From Bdellovibrionota bacterium (GTDB lineage: Bacteria > Bdellovibrionota_C > UBA2361 > OMII01), in NCBI GenBank assembly GCA_044356215.1, contig JBIKWQ010000071.1:1-17184 (forward strand): a stretch of 17,184 nt of DNA, in the 5' to 3' direction. This document shows, in pieces, positions 1 through 8,359 of this stretch (position 1 is the first letter of the stretch; each line of letters opens with the position of its first letter). A program made the position numbers and the translations under genes. Below the pieces are notes generated by a model. The model searched no databases. It saw nothing but the letters and a program-made list of their open reading frames with translations, and had not been told where the DNA came from.

Positions 1-58
1 GCCTTCTCATCGAATAAATAGTTTCACGCGTCATTAGACTGAGCTTACGTCTCTTTCT

Positions 59-472
59 TTGGTTTTCCATAACTACCTAGATTCAAAATCTAATCCAGGT
101 GTTGCTTATTTTTTGACTATCTACCCTTCGGGAAGATGGACCGGTACCTTGGTAAAAAAGGAGAGCGACTGTGCCGCTCTTAGTAAAGGCGATAGCTTTA
201 ACTTTAGGCACGATGTTTCCTTGATTTGTGATCGTAATGACGAATCTTCGGTGGTCTTAGTAACAGAAGACCAGCTCTCGTTTGAGTCAACGCAGCTTAA
301 TCTTCTAGCTGGAGGCTCCTTCACGGTTAAGAGTGAGCAAGAGAATCAGACGATTGATATATCCTATGAGAACTACGATGGTAACTTGGCAGATGTGACT
401 CATAAGATAAGAAACTACTCCAACGGTAAGATAGTTTGTAGCGAGCTCTACACCGGACAGGCTAGGCGCTAG
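59..472 (+). CDS. Hypothetical protein, 137 aa; start uncertain
   Basis: Open frame from TTG 59 to TAG 472 with a plausible beta-rich composition. There is no RBS and an in-frame TAG lies at 35-37. No family recognised. Confidence 0.5.
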   Translation: MVFHNYLDSKSNPGVAYFLTIYPSGRWTGTLVKKESDCAALSKGDSFNFRHDVSLICDRNDESSVVLVTEDQLSFESTQLNLLAGGSFTVKSEQENQTIDISYENYDGNLADVTHKIRNYSNGKIVCSELYTGQARR

Positions 473-562
473 AAGTCCTCCGCCACATGACGTGCTTCAT
501 AAGCTTACCTCCCCTCTAAGGTTAGGCTATGGCCAGTATTTTGGCCTTTAAGGAGGATTATT

Positions 563-757
563 ATGGCGACCACAACACCGGCAGGAGTAAGTACCGAGAA
601 CTCAACTTTTACAACTATTATCTCAGTCGTGGCATTGATAGCCATCGTCGCACTGATTTATTTTATAGCGCGTGGAAGAACCACGCAGCCAGCGGTAAAG
701 GAGAAGGTGGCCCCACCTGTCTCGCAGCAGCAACCACCAGCGCAGCCGGCTCCGTAG
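563..757 (+). CDS. Small single-pass membrane protein, 64 aa, with a Pro/Gln-rich tail
   Basis: Strong SD AAGGAGGA at 550-557 before ATG 563. One hydrophobic helix (IISVVALIAIVALIYFIA) is followed by RGR and a low-complexity P/Q/A tail. Confidence 0.75.
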   Translation: MATTTPAGVSTENSTFTTIISVVALIAIVALIYFIARGRTTQPAVKEKVAPPVSQQQPPAQPAP

Positions 758-777
758 TGAAGAGCGGCAAAATCTCG

Positions 778-1596
778 CTACTTCTTACCTGGTGGTGTCG
801 GGGAGATCGGTGATGTTGCAACCTTCGGGGTATCCGCTGGTTTTACCTGGGGGGACGCGGGGATTTGCTGTTCTGGAGCCGCGGCAGTCGCTACCGCCTG
901 AGATGGGGTAGCGGCGCTTCTGGCTTCCATCAGCGCCTTCTGATCTAAGTTAATTGGGGTTCCTTGCACAGCTATTATTGGACCTAGTGCAGGTACCGAC
1001 GTTGGCTTGGCTTCTAGCTTTTCCGATTCATCCTTTTTGCTTTTTGATTTTGTAACTTGGCGAATCGGCTTGGGCCGTGGGGTTGGAATAAAAGCAGGCG
1101 CTATGACCCGTGACTCAATTGTCTTACCTGCGCCACCAAAGGTTTCTGTCCTGCCAAAAATTTCGAATACCCCGCCTTGGTCGGCATTTAGTTTGGAAAC
1201 GTATGGGTACTGCTCTCGAGTGATAGGATAAGGTCCGCGGATGATCCATTCCTTAGCCTTGGTTTGCTGGTGCAACTTCGGTACTGCCGTATAAAATTCA
1301 CGCTCGCGTGAATAAAATAGGTTCATTTGAGCGCCCATCTCCGAAGTTCCGCTTAACTCAATCGCCTGAGGAGAGCCACGGCTACGCATGAAATTGTATA
1401 GATATGAACTGCCTTCCATCTCTTGAGCAAGAAATACATTTGCTCCGACAAAAGAACTCTGAGGGCTGACTGTTACTATCCCCTGATTTGCGATTCCCTC
1501 AAAGGCTGGAGTTTTAGTCGAGCAGCCGACTGATACAGCTCCGGCGATAAGGGCGAGCGAGGCTAGGCTTGAAATAAGATATCTATTAGAACGCAT
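778..1596 (-). CDS. Putative lipoprotein with a Pro/Ala/Lys-rich disordered C-terminus
   Basis: Basic N-terminus (MRSNR), a hydrophobic stretch and a lipobox-like VSVG/C, then a globular region of about 140 aa and a low-complexity tail. Confidence 0.75.
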   Translation of the reverse strand: MRSNRYLISSLASLALIAGAVSVGCSTKTPAFEGIANQGIVTVSPQSSFVGANVFLAQEMEGSSYLYNFMRSRGSPQAIELSGTSEMGAQMNLFYSREREFYTAVPKLHQQTKAKEWIIRGPYPITREQYPYVSKLNADQGGVFEIFGRTETFGGAGKTIESRVIAPAFIPTPRPKPIRQVTKSKSKKDESEKLEAKPTSVPALGPIIAVQGTPINLDQKALMEARSAATPSQAVATAAAPEQQIPASPQVKPADTPKVATSPISPTPPGKK

Positions 1597-1844
1597 CTTG
1601 ACGGAAACCCTTTATTAGACTCGGTCGTTGATGCTTTACAGTGCTCCGTCGAGGGCGTGCCAGTCAAGATACAATTTCCACAGCTGGGGCGGCTTTCTAG
1701 TTACGCTCTCCTAAGGAGGCGAGGTTTGCCGCTTTTCCCTAAATATGTGGTATAAAATATTCCAATAGATACTCGCTGTAAAAAGGGATATCATCAGAGG
1801 GTAACGTCGTGGTCTTGCGCTGCTTAATTATCCTAGGAATTTCT

Positions 1845-2774
1845 TTGAGGATCATCTCTCTACAACCCTTTGCCGCGGATCTGCTAGGAGCTTTTGGAGT
1901 TGGTTGGGATCTCGTTGGAATCACGCATATTGAAAGGGCTCCCGATAACGCTAAAAGCGCGGTTACGGTAACAGCGCCGAAAGGCGAGAGTTTTAGTGGT
2001 CTAGACGGAGAGGCTCTGAAACTCGCGGCGGGATTATGCGCTTATCCGCTAGATGTAAAGCGCCTATTTGAGCTTCTTCCTGATACCGTGCTAGCTGAAG
2101 TAAGAGCGCCAGATAAAGAGCGATTCATCTTATGGGCCGAGGATTATTTCTATAAGGCAACAGGTCGTAAAGTAGCTATCAAGGATCTAAGCGTTAATTC
2201 ATTGGATGGCCTCTATCAGGTGATAGAGGATTTAGGGGCTTTAGTTGGCGGGCAAGTAGAGGCGCGTAATCTTGTTAATAAGATTAAATCGCAGATTATG
2301 AGCTGGGGGCACAGCTTCTTTGATCGATCCAGAGGTAAGCTTGTCGTGGTTATCTCAGATATTGACCCTCTAAGGGTAGAAGGGCGGTGGTTTCCTGATT
2401 TGATAAAGGCACTGGGAGCAAGAACAATAGAGTTCAACTGCACGGATCCAGCGAGGGGTCTCTCCTGGGCCGATGTAGTGGCGGCAAGACCAAATACGAT
2501 CATATACGCCCCTGAGAACCAATCTCTTGAGTACAGTGTAAAGGGTCTTAATGCTCTTGAATCCCTTCCTAATTGGGAGGATCTTCCGGCGGTCAAGAGA
2601 GGGGATGTAATCTTCGCGGCGGGAAGGGATATTTATCGACCAGGGCCTCGATTTCTCAAAGGAACAGCTATCTTAGTTTCGGCTATAGCTGGGCTCGATA
2701 GTGGTTACATTACTGAGCGAGATGAGTATTTCAAGGTGCGCTATCTGGAGCTTCATCGCCACCGTTTTGTGTGA
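1845..2774 (+). CDS. BtuF/TroA-like (cobalamin or iron-siderophore type) substrate-binding protein homolog
   Basis: N-terminal RIISLQP..ADLL.AFG....LVGITH and C-terminal W.DLPAVKRG.V...YRPGPR match helical-backbone binding proteins. TTG 1845 has AGGAA at 1835-1839. The ORF track start at 1809 is the alternative. Confidence 0.7.
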   Translation: MRIISLQPFAADLLGAFGVGWDLVGITHIERAPDNAKSAVTVTAPKGESFSGLDGEALKLAAGLCAYPLDVKRLFELLPDTVLAEVRAPDKERFILWAEDYFYKATGRKVAIKDLSVNSLDGLYQVIEDLGALVGGQVEARNLVNKIKSQIMSWGHSFFDRSRGKLVVVISDIDPLRVEGRWFPDLIKALGARTIEFNCTDPARGLSWADVVAARPNTIIYAPENQSLEYSVKGLNALESLPNWEDLPAVKRGDVIFAAGRDIYRPGPRFLKGTAILVSAIAGLDSGYITERDEYFKVRYLELHRHRFV

Positions 2775-2788
2775 TAAGCTCCCTGGCT

Positions 2789-3205
2789 ATGGCGAATTCA
2801 AATCAAGATGAGTGGCTCTCTGTTTGTGGAGAGAGAGATGAAAATTTAGAGCGTGAGATAATCGCCGCGGTAACGCTCATGCAGGAACAAGCGGGAATGC
2901 CATGCGGAGAGCCTGCGAGAGTGGGCGGAGTTTCAACGGCGATAGCAACAGGTAATTTCTCCGTTACTCCAGAGCGTCTAGAGCTTTTAAGAAGTTTATG
3001 CCATCTGTATTCAGCGGGTATCCGCGCCGAGAAGATATCTTCGCATCGTCGGATTATCGGTCCTGTTATAGTTTTTGTTAAGAAAGCTTTATTTCGAGTA
3101 GTTTCTGGACTGCTCGGACCCTCGTTTAGATATCAGCGTGATTTTAACGCGGGAGTCATCCGACTTCTTGGAGATCTCTGTAACGAAGAGAAGGGGCGCG
3201 ATTAG
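2789..3205 (+). CDS. Hypothetical protein with an SHR..IGPVIVFVKK...QRDFN segment
   Basis: Clean ORF with ATG at 2789. An alternative GTG at 2771 overlaps the upstream stop (GTGA). Confidence 0.7.
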   Translation: MANSNQDEWLSVCGERDENLEREIIAAVTLMQEQAGMPCGEPARVGGVSTAIATGNFSVTPERLELLRSLCHLYSAGIRAEKISSHRRIIGPVIVFVKKALFRVVSGLLGPSFRYQRDFNAGVIRLLGDLCNEEKGRD

Positions 3206-3250
3206 GGAGGCGGGGTAAGACTCGCTCGCCCGAACTTTTGCCGCTCTTCC

Positions 3251-5281
3251 TCACTCCATCGTCACCAATACATCGCCCGCGCTAACCAGCGAGCCCTTGT
3301 TTACGGGAAGCGTTTTGATTACGCCATCGCGAGGAGCCTTAAAGGGGTGTTCCATCTTCATTGAGTCTAGTACGACGAGAATTTCACCTGCTGTCACTTT
3401 CGCGCCTACCTCCGTGTTGATGGCAGCAACTTTTCCAGGAATCGGTGATTTTAAGACAAGCTCTCCTCCCGCTACATTACCCCCTATGCCACGCCGCTTT
3501 GGAGCTGAGAGGGTCAGACCCACTGAGCCTGTTGGAGTATGTATCCAGACTCTAGGTCCATCCTCAAGAATGGTCACCTGAATAGGGGATGCTCTGTAAA
3601 TCGATAGAGAATAAGTATTGGTTGAAAGGGAGGTTGATGCAGCGCTGATTATTCTTATTAGCACCTCCACTTCATTTGGAGCGCTGACACTAACTATGAC
3701 CCCATCATCTCGGACTGAGGAATTTGATTGGATAACACAGTCATGAATAACTGTAGTTAATGGATAAAAGAGGCCAAAAGAGTTGGCTTTGTCATTCTCG
3801 CTCCAGGGTGATTGAGTCGACCAACTTGAGATATTTTTGCGAGTTCTGATGGCAGCTAATATGGCGTGCGCGGTCGTCCACTCGTATATAAGCTCCTCTG
3901 TCGACGGCAGGAGATCCTTGGTTCCTTGAACAGTATGATTTAGTTTGACGAAGGTATCTCTTGTGACCAGATGGTTTAGCAGCGATCTATTTGTTCCGAC
4001 CCCTGAGATCCTCAGGTTCCGCAAAGCGTCACGTAGCAGCCCTAAAGCCTGCTGTCTATCAGGGGCATGCACTATTAGTTTTCCGATTAATGAATCATAG
4101 TGGTGCGATACTTCAGAACAAACCTCATAGCCCATGTCCGCTCGTATTAATCCGTTTCCCGTCGGGCCCCTGGGGACTTCCAGGTCGAGGATAATCCCTG
4201 TGGTAGTAACAAAAGCGCCATTGAACTCCTCAGCGCACACCCGCGCTTCTACTGCATGCCCAATCTGCTCAGGTGTCTTAAGATCTCCCAAGATCTCTCT
4301 AAGATTCGCCCCCTGGGCGATCTCAATCTGTAATTTAACAAGATCTAATCCTGTAACCATCTCCGTAACTGGATGTTCCACCTGAAGCCTCGTATTAACC
4401 TCTAAGAAGTAGAATAGGCCGTCATCCGAATAGAGAAACTCGACTGTACCTAAATTTGTGTAGCCAACCTGTTTAGCCAATCGACACGCGGCGGCTCGAA
4501 GCTCTTCGTCGACTCCAGGTTTAAGCAGCGTGGCAGGAGCTTCCTCAATAATCTTTTGATTGCTACGTTGCAGCGAGCAATCTCTAGTTCCTAAGGCGAC
4601 CACATTTCCGTGAGAGTCTCCAGCAATCTGAACCTCAATGTGTCTAGCGCGTGAGATAAATCGCTCAACGAAGATCTCCTCGCTTCCGAAAGCTTTAAGA
4701 GATTCACGAGACGCGCTCTCTAGTGAATCTCGGATCTGATCGTCACTTGATACTACGCGCATTCCGCGCCCACCACCGCCAGCGGCGGCTTTGATAATAA
4801 CTGGATAGCCGACTTCGGTGGCGAATTTTTTTAATCTCTCGACCTGCGAAGCTAGAGAATCCTTTAGAAGTAGAGTCGGAGCTATCGGAACATTAGCTTG
4901 CCTGGCGATCTCTTTGGCGTTGGTTTTGCTTCCCAGCTCCCGAATAGTACGAGCCGGGGGGCCGATGAAGGTGATTTCATGTTTCTCTAAGGCCTCGGAG
5001 AGGGCTGGATTCTCAGATAGAAAACCGTACCCCGGATGAACGCCGTCAGCGCCAGAGCGTATGGCAGCCTGAACAATAGCGTCTATCGATAAATACGACA
5101 TCGGGTCACCTATCGGTTCCCGGTAATCCGCTTCACGTGTATGCGGGGCATATACGTCTACATCGCTGTATACGGCTACAGTTTCGATGTCGAGGACCCG
5201 ACAGGCGCGGATTATTCGGCGCGCAATCTCGCCACGATTAGCGATTAAAACCCTTTTAATCGATCGGCTGGTCGGGCTCAT
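3251..5281 (-). CDS. mccA: 3-methylcrotonyl-CoA carboxylase alpha subunit (biotin carboxylase plus biotin carrier; LiuD-like)
   Basis: LIANRGEIA, HPGYGFLSEN, GGGGRGMR, RDCSLQR.NQKIIEEAP, FLEVNTRLQVEHPVTE and a C-terminal biotinyl domain with SMKM. It lies 11 nt downstream of the beta subunit gene. Confidence 0.9.
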   Translation of the reverse strand: MSPTSRSIKRVLIANRGEIARRIIRACRVLDIETVAVYSDVDVYAPHTREADYREPIGDPMSYLSIDAIVQAAIRSGADGVHPGYGFLSENPALSEALEKHEITFIGPPARTIRELGSKTNAKEIARQANVPIAPTLLLKDSLASQVERLKKFATEVGYPVIIKAAAGGGGRGMRVVSSDDQIRDSLESASRESLKAFGSEEIFVERFISRARHIEVQIAGDSHGNVVALGTRDCSLQRSNQKIIEEAPATLLKPGVDEELRAAACRLAKQVGYTNLGTVEFLYSDDGLFYFLEVNTRLQVEHPVTEMVTGLDLVKLQIEIAQGANLREILGDLKTPEQIGHAVEARVCAEEFNGAFVTTTGIILDLEVPRGPTGNGLIRADMGYEVCSEVSHHYDSLIGKLIVHAPDRQQALGLLRDALRNLRISGVGTNRSLLNHLVTRDTFVKLNHTVQGTKDLLPSTEELIYEWTTAHAILAAIRTRKNISSWSTQSPWSENDKANSFGLFYPLTTVIHDCVIQSNSSVRDDGVIVSVSAPNEVEVLIRIISAASTSLSTNTYSLSIYRASPIQVTILEDGPRVWIHTPTGSVGLTLSAPKRRGIGGNVAGGELVLKSPIPGKVAAINTEVGAKVTAGEILVVLDSMKMEHPFKAPRDGVIKTLPVNKGSLVSAGDVLVTME

Positions 5282-5292
5282 CTCTTTTTTCT

Positions 5293-6903
5293 TTACATCC
5301 TAAAAGTTCCGAAGGCTTTGGGTGTTCTGGACTGCTCTTTTGGAGCGACAGACAACGCCAGGCTTAGCGCGGCTCTCGTTTCCGTCGGACAGATGACCCC
5401 ATCATCCCAAAGGCGAGCGCTCGCGTAGATGGCATCGGTCTGCCCGAGGTATTGACCTTTAATCTCTTCGTAATAGGCTTTCTGAGCCGCTTCATCCCAT
5501 GATTCGCCACGACCTTTAGCGCTATCGGCGCGTACTTGGGTAACAACACTCGCCGCTTGGTCAGGTCCCATAACACCTATTCTTGATTGCGGCCAAGTCC
5601 AGAGAAATCTTGGTCCGTAGGCGCGCCCACACATAGCATAATTACCAGCCCCGTATGAGTTTCCAACAATGACTGTATACTTAGGCACTCTAGCGCAGGC
5701 GACGGCCGTTACCATCTTAGCTCCATCCTTGGCGATCCCGCGGTGCTCGTACTCCTTGCCGACCATAAAGCCGACTATATTTTGTAAGAACACGAGAGGG
5801 ATGTCGCGTTGATCGCAGAGTTGGATAAAGTGGGCGGCTTTCAGAGCGCTCTCTGAAAAGAGAATCCCATCATTGGCGACGATACCAACCAGATAGCCAT
5901 CAATTCTTGCAAAGCCGCAGATAATCGTTGTTCCGTAATTGGCTTTAAATTCGTCAAGCTGGCTCTCATCAATTAGCCGCGCGATGATCTCACGCATTGG
6001 GAAGTATTGCTTGGGATCAGATGGTATCAGGCTGTTTAGATCGTTTGGGTCGAAGCGTGGAGGCTTTGGTAGTTCCCTGTTGATGCGAGTCGGACAGATG
6101 TTTCTTAGGGATGCTACAGAGCGACGAGCCATCATCAGAGCCTCCTGATCAGAGTCGGCTAGGTGGTCGGTTACTCCGCTGGTTCGTGAGTGCACATCGC
6201 CTCCACCTAATTCTTCCGCGGAGACAACTTCGCCAGTAGCCGCTTTTACCAGGGGTGGGCCCCCTAAAAAGATCATACCTTGCTCTCTAACTATAATCGC
6301 CTCATCGGACATCGCTGGAACATAGGCACCTCCGGCAGTGCACGATCCAAGAACTACGGCGATCTGAGGAATCCCAGCGGCGCTCATTGTGGCTTGATTG
6401 AAGAAGAGCCGGCCGAAGTGATCTTTATCCGGAAACACCTGATCTTGAAGTGGCAGGTAGGCTCCTCCTGAATCAACTAGGTATAAACACGGAAGCCGGT
6501 TCTCAAGGGCTATATCTTGAGCGCGTATGTGTTTTTTAACGGTCAGAGGGAAGTAGGTGCCACCTTTAACGGTCGCGTCATTGGCAACAATCATGCACGG
6601 CATACCCTCGACTATGCCGATGCCGGTGACTATTCCCGCACCGGGCCTTAGCCCCTCTTTGTACACTTCGTGACCAGCTAACTGGGCGACTTCAAGGAAA
6701 GCGGTCCCGGGGTCTATTAATTGGGCGATGCGGTCGTGAACCAGGAGCTTTCCTCTTTCGAGATGTTTTACCACAGCCGGGTCACCTGCCGGTGGTTTTG
6801 ATCGGGACCGGAGGTCGTCTAACCTAGTCAGAAAGCTCTGGAAGGCGGAGCGGTTGTCGGTAAAAGGGGAGTCGGATAGGGGTAATTTTGAACCTATGTA
6901 CAT
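5293..6903 (-). CDS. mccB: 3-methylcrotonyl-CoA carboxylase beta subunit (carboxyltransferase; LiuB-like)
   Basis: [91 protein letters not shown] and terminal FGTFRM are typical of MCC beta subunits. Confidence 0.93.
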   Translation of the reverse strand: MYIGSKLPLSDSPFTDNRSAFQSFLTRLDDLRSRSKPPAGDPAVVKHLERGKLLVHDRIAQLIDPGTAFLEVAQLAGHEVYKEGLRPGAGIVTGIGIVEGMPCMIVANDATVKGGTYFPLTVKKHIRAQDIALENRLPCLYLVDSGGAYLPLQDQVFPDKDHFGRLFFNQATMSAAGIPQIAVVLGSCTAGGAYVPAMSDEAIIVREQGMIFLGGPPLVKAATGEVVSAEELGGGDVHSRTSGVTDHLADSDQEALMMARRSVASLRNICPTRINRELPKPPRFDPNDLNSLIPSDPKQYFPMREIIARLIDESQLDEFKANYGTTIICGFARIDGYLVGIVANDGILFSESALKAAHFIQLCDQRDIPLVFLQNIVGFMVGKEYEHRGIAKDGAKMVTAVACARVPKYTVIVGNSYGAGNYAMCGRAYGPRFLWTWPQSRIGVMGPDQAASVVTQVRADSAKGRGESWDEAAQKAYYEEIKGQYLGQTDAIYASARLWDDGVICPTETRAALSLALSVAPKEQSRTPKAFGTFRM

Positions 6904-6911
6904 ACGTTAAG

Positions 6912-6940
6912 AGGGTAGGTAACCGAGAGTCAGGCGTCAA
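6912..6940 (-). promoter_or_regulatory. Putative sigma70-type promoter of mccB
   Basis: Minus strand reads TTGACG (6940-6935), 17 nt, TACCCT (6917-6912), then 8 nt to ATG 6903. No SD is visible. Confidence 0.5.
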
Positions 6941-6958
6941 CGAGGAATCGGCTGCCCC

Positions 6959-7032
6959 GCGCGGTCTCTGAGAGGGCGCTTGGGGCCTTCGAAATCAGCT
7001 CTGAAATCAGCGCGGTCTCTGAGAGAGCGCGC
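6959..7032. repeat. Two-copy 21-bp direct repeat of an imperfect palindrome
   Basis: GCGCGGTCTCTGAGAGGGCGC (6959-6979) and GCGCGGTCTCTGAGAGAGCGC (7010-7030) differ at 1 position, with a 51-bp period. GAAATCAGC is also duplicated (6991-6999 and 7003-7011). Confidence 0.85.
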
Positions 7033-7186
7033 TTTAAGTTGCTGTATAGATTGGGTAAAAAGGATTTTTGCGATTCTTGTCGTGTAGTTTTTGTTAAACC
7101 GGTACAATGGGGGGGCTGTGCAAAAAAGGCGCTTGGAAGCATTGAAATTCCACCTAAGTTTCTTTCCAGGCAAATCGGAGGCATTT

Positions 7187-8320
7187 GTGAATAATAAAGA
7201 TTTTAAAGATGTTAGCGGGTCGTTGAGTGTTGTTAGGCCCCCCGTACCGTATCTCCGCAAGGGGGTTTGTTACGTAATGTTCGCATTCGAGTTGGGGCTG
7301 TCGGTCAAGCTCGAGATGGCCGCACAGAAGCTCAAGCAGGACGTAGAGCGGACGAAGTTTAGGCGAAACAGGCGCGCCCCTAAGTATTTTGATTACGATC
7401 CGCCACCTCTTCGGATAGTTCAGCATGGCCAGCAAATTAACACTGGAAAGTTCTTTACTAGACCACAAGCTGAGATCACTCTCTTCGATTTTGGAGGATG
7501 CTCAGTTAGTTATCAGATTGATATCGCGGGACCGATGTCACATCTGATTGAACTAAGTGAGGTGCTTTACGACAATGCGTTTCTTCTGGAAGACGCTAGA
7601 GAGCGAGTTAAGCAGTTAATGCATGAGATCGGCGATTGCATCTCGCGTCCTAATCTAAACGAGTCAGTAGAGGATTTCGTAGTTTATCATTTAGAGGACT
7701 TTGAAGGTCAGCCGCATATCTCTTCGCTACTAGAGCAGGGTAATCGTGAGTTCGCATCGCTTTTGAGAGCTGAGCGCGATGAGCTAGGTGATGAGGAGAT
7801 TCACGACGCGCTTAGCACCAGAACAACTTATGGCGCCAAGGACTGCGCTGTGATCGATTGGAATGGAGCGCTTTTCTTCGGACAAAACGTAGACGATGTG
7901 AGAGCAGTTCTGGAATTTTGTAACGTCGAGTTTCTGGAGATGCGCTTCCTAGATGAGCAGCTTGATGACTATCTTGAGGAAGCTTACGCCGTTCTGACAA
8001 CTAAGAAGAAACGAGGTGGAGGGGCGGATCTAAACAAGGTGGCGCGGCTTCAGGTAGATTCGGCGCTTTTATACGAGGCTGTAGAGAACGCACTGAAACT
8101 TCTGGGAGATCAGTACCTGGCGCGAGTCTACTCTTTAGCTTCGGGGAAGTTTCACCTATCTGAGTGGAACAGTAGTATTCGCAGAAAACTCGATACGCTC
8201 GACAGCATCTATCAGAAGCTGTCCGACAAGGCTACTCAGAAGCGATCGGAGGCTATGGAGTGGACTATTATAGTTCTGATCCTAATAGAGGTGCTCATGG
8301 GTCTGTGGGAGCGTTTTTAG
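7187..8320 (+). CDS. RMD1/DUF155-like protein with a C-terminal membrane helix
   Basis: LFDFG..S, a long helical C-terminal half (YLARVY...FHL.EW...I.RKL..L..IY) and terminal RSEAMEWTIIVLILIEV resemble RMD1/DUF155 proteins. GGAGG at 7177-7181 supports GTG 7187 over 7091, and a TACAAT -10 candidate lies at 7103-7108. Confidence 0.65.
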   Translation: MNNKDFKDVSGSLSVVRPPVPYLRKGVCYVMFAFELGLSVKLEMAAQKLKQDVERTKFRRNRRAPKYFDYDPPPLRIVQHGQQINTGKFFTRPQAEITLFDFGGCSVSYQIDIAGPMSHLIELSEVLYDNAFLLEDARERVKQLMHEIGDCISRPNLNESVEDFVVYHLEDFEGQPHISSLLEQGNREFASLLRAERDELGDEEIHDALSTRTTYGAKDCAVIDWNGALFFGQNVDDVRAVLEFCNVEFLEMRFLDEQLDDYLEEAYAVLTTKKKRGGGADLNKVARLQVDSALLYEAVENALKLLGDQYLARVYSLASGKFHLSEWNSSIRRKLDTLDSIYQKLSDKATQKRSEAMEWTIIVLILIEVLMGLWERF

Positions 8321-8359
8321 GGCTTTCTAATACTTTTTTACTCTGCTACCTCTGACGGG

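Noticed and set aside
529..813. 94-aa ORF overlapping the 64-aa gene
   Set aside because: It has no SD, overlaps the convergent lipoprotein gene and has no recognisable features. The 563-757 frame has the strong SD and a TM helix.
1719..1729. 11-bp GCGAGGTTTGC shared with 10163-10173
   Set aside because: A single 11-mer match is within chance for this much sequence, and the contexts differ.
6959..7030. Possible mini-CRISPR (21-bp repeat, 30-nt spacer)
   Set aside because: There are only two short repeats, the spacer is internally repetitive and there are no cas genes in the window.
6930..7260. Minus-strand ORFs 6930-7184 and 6937-7260, and the 7091 start extension
   Set aside because: They run through the repeat and promoter region and have no protein motifs. 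SD evidence favours GTG 7187 on the plus strand.
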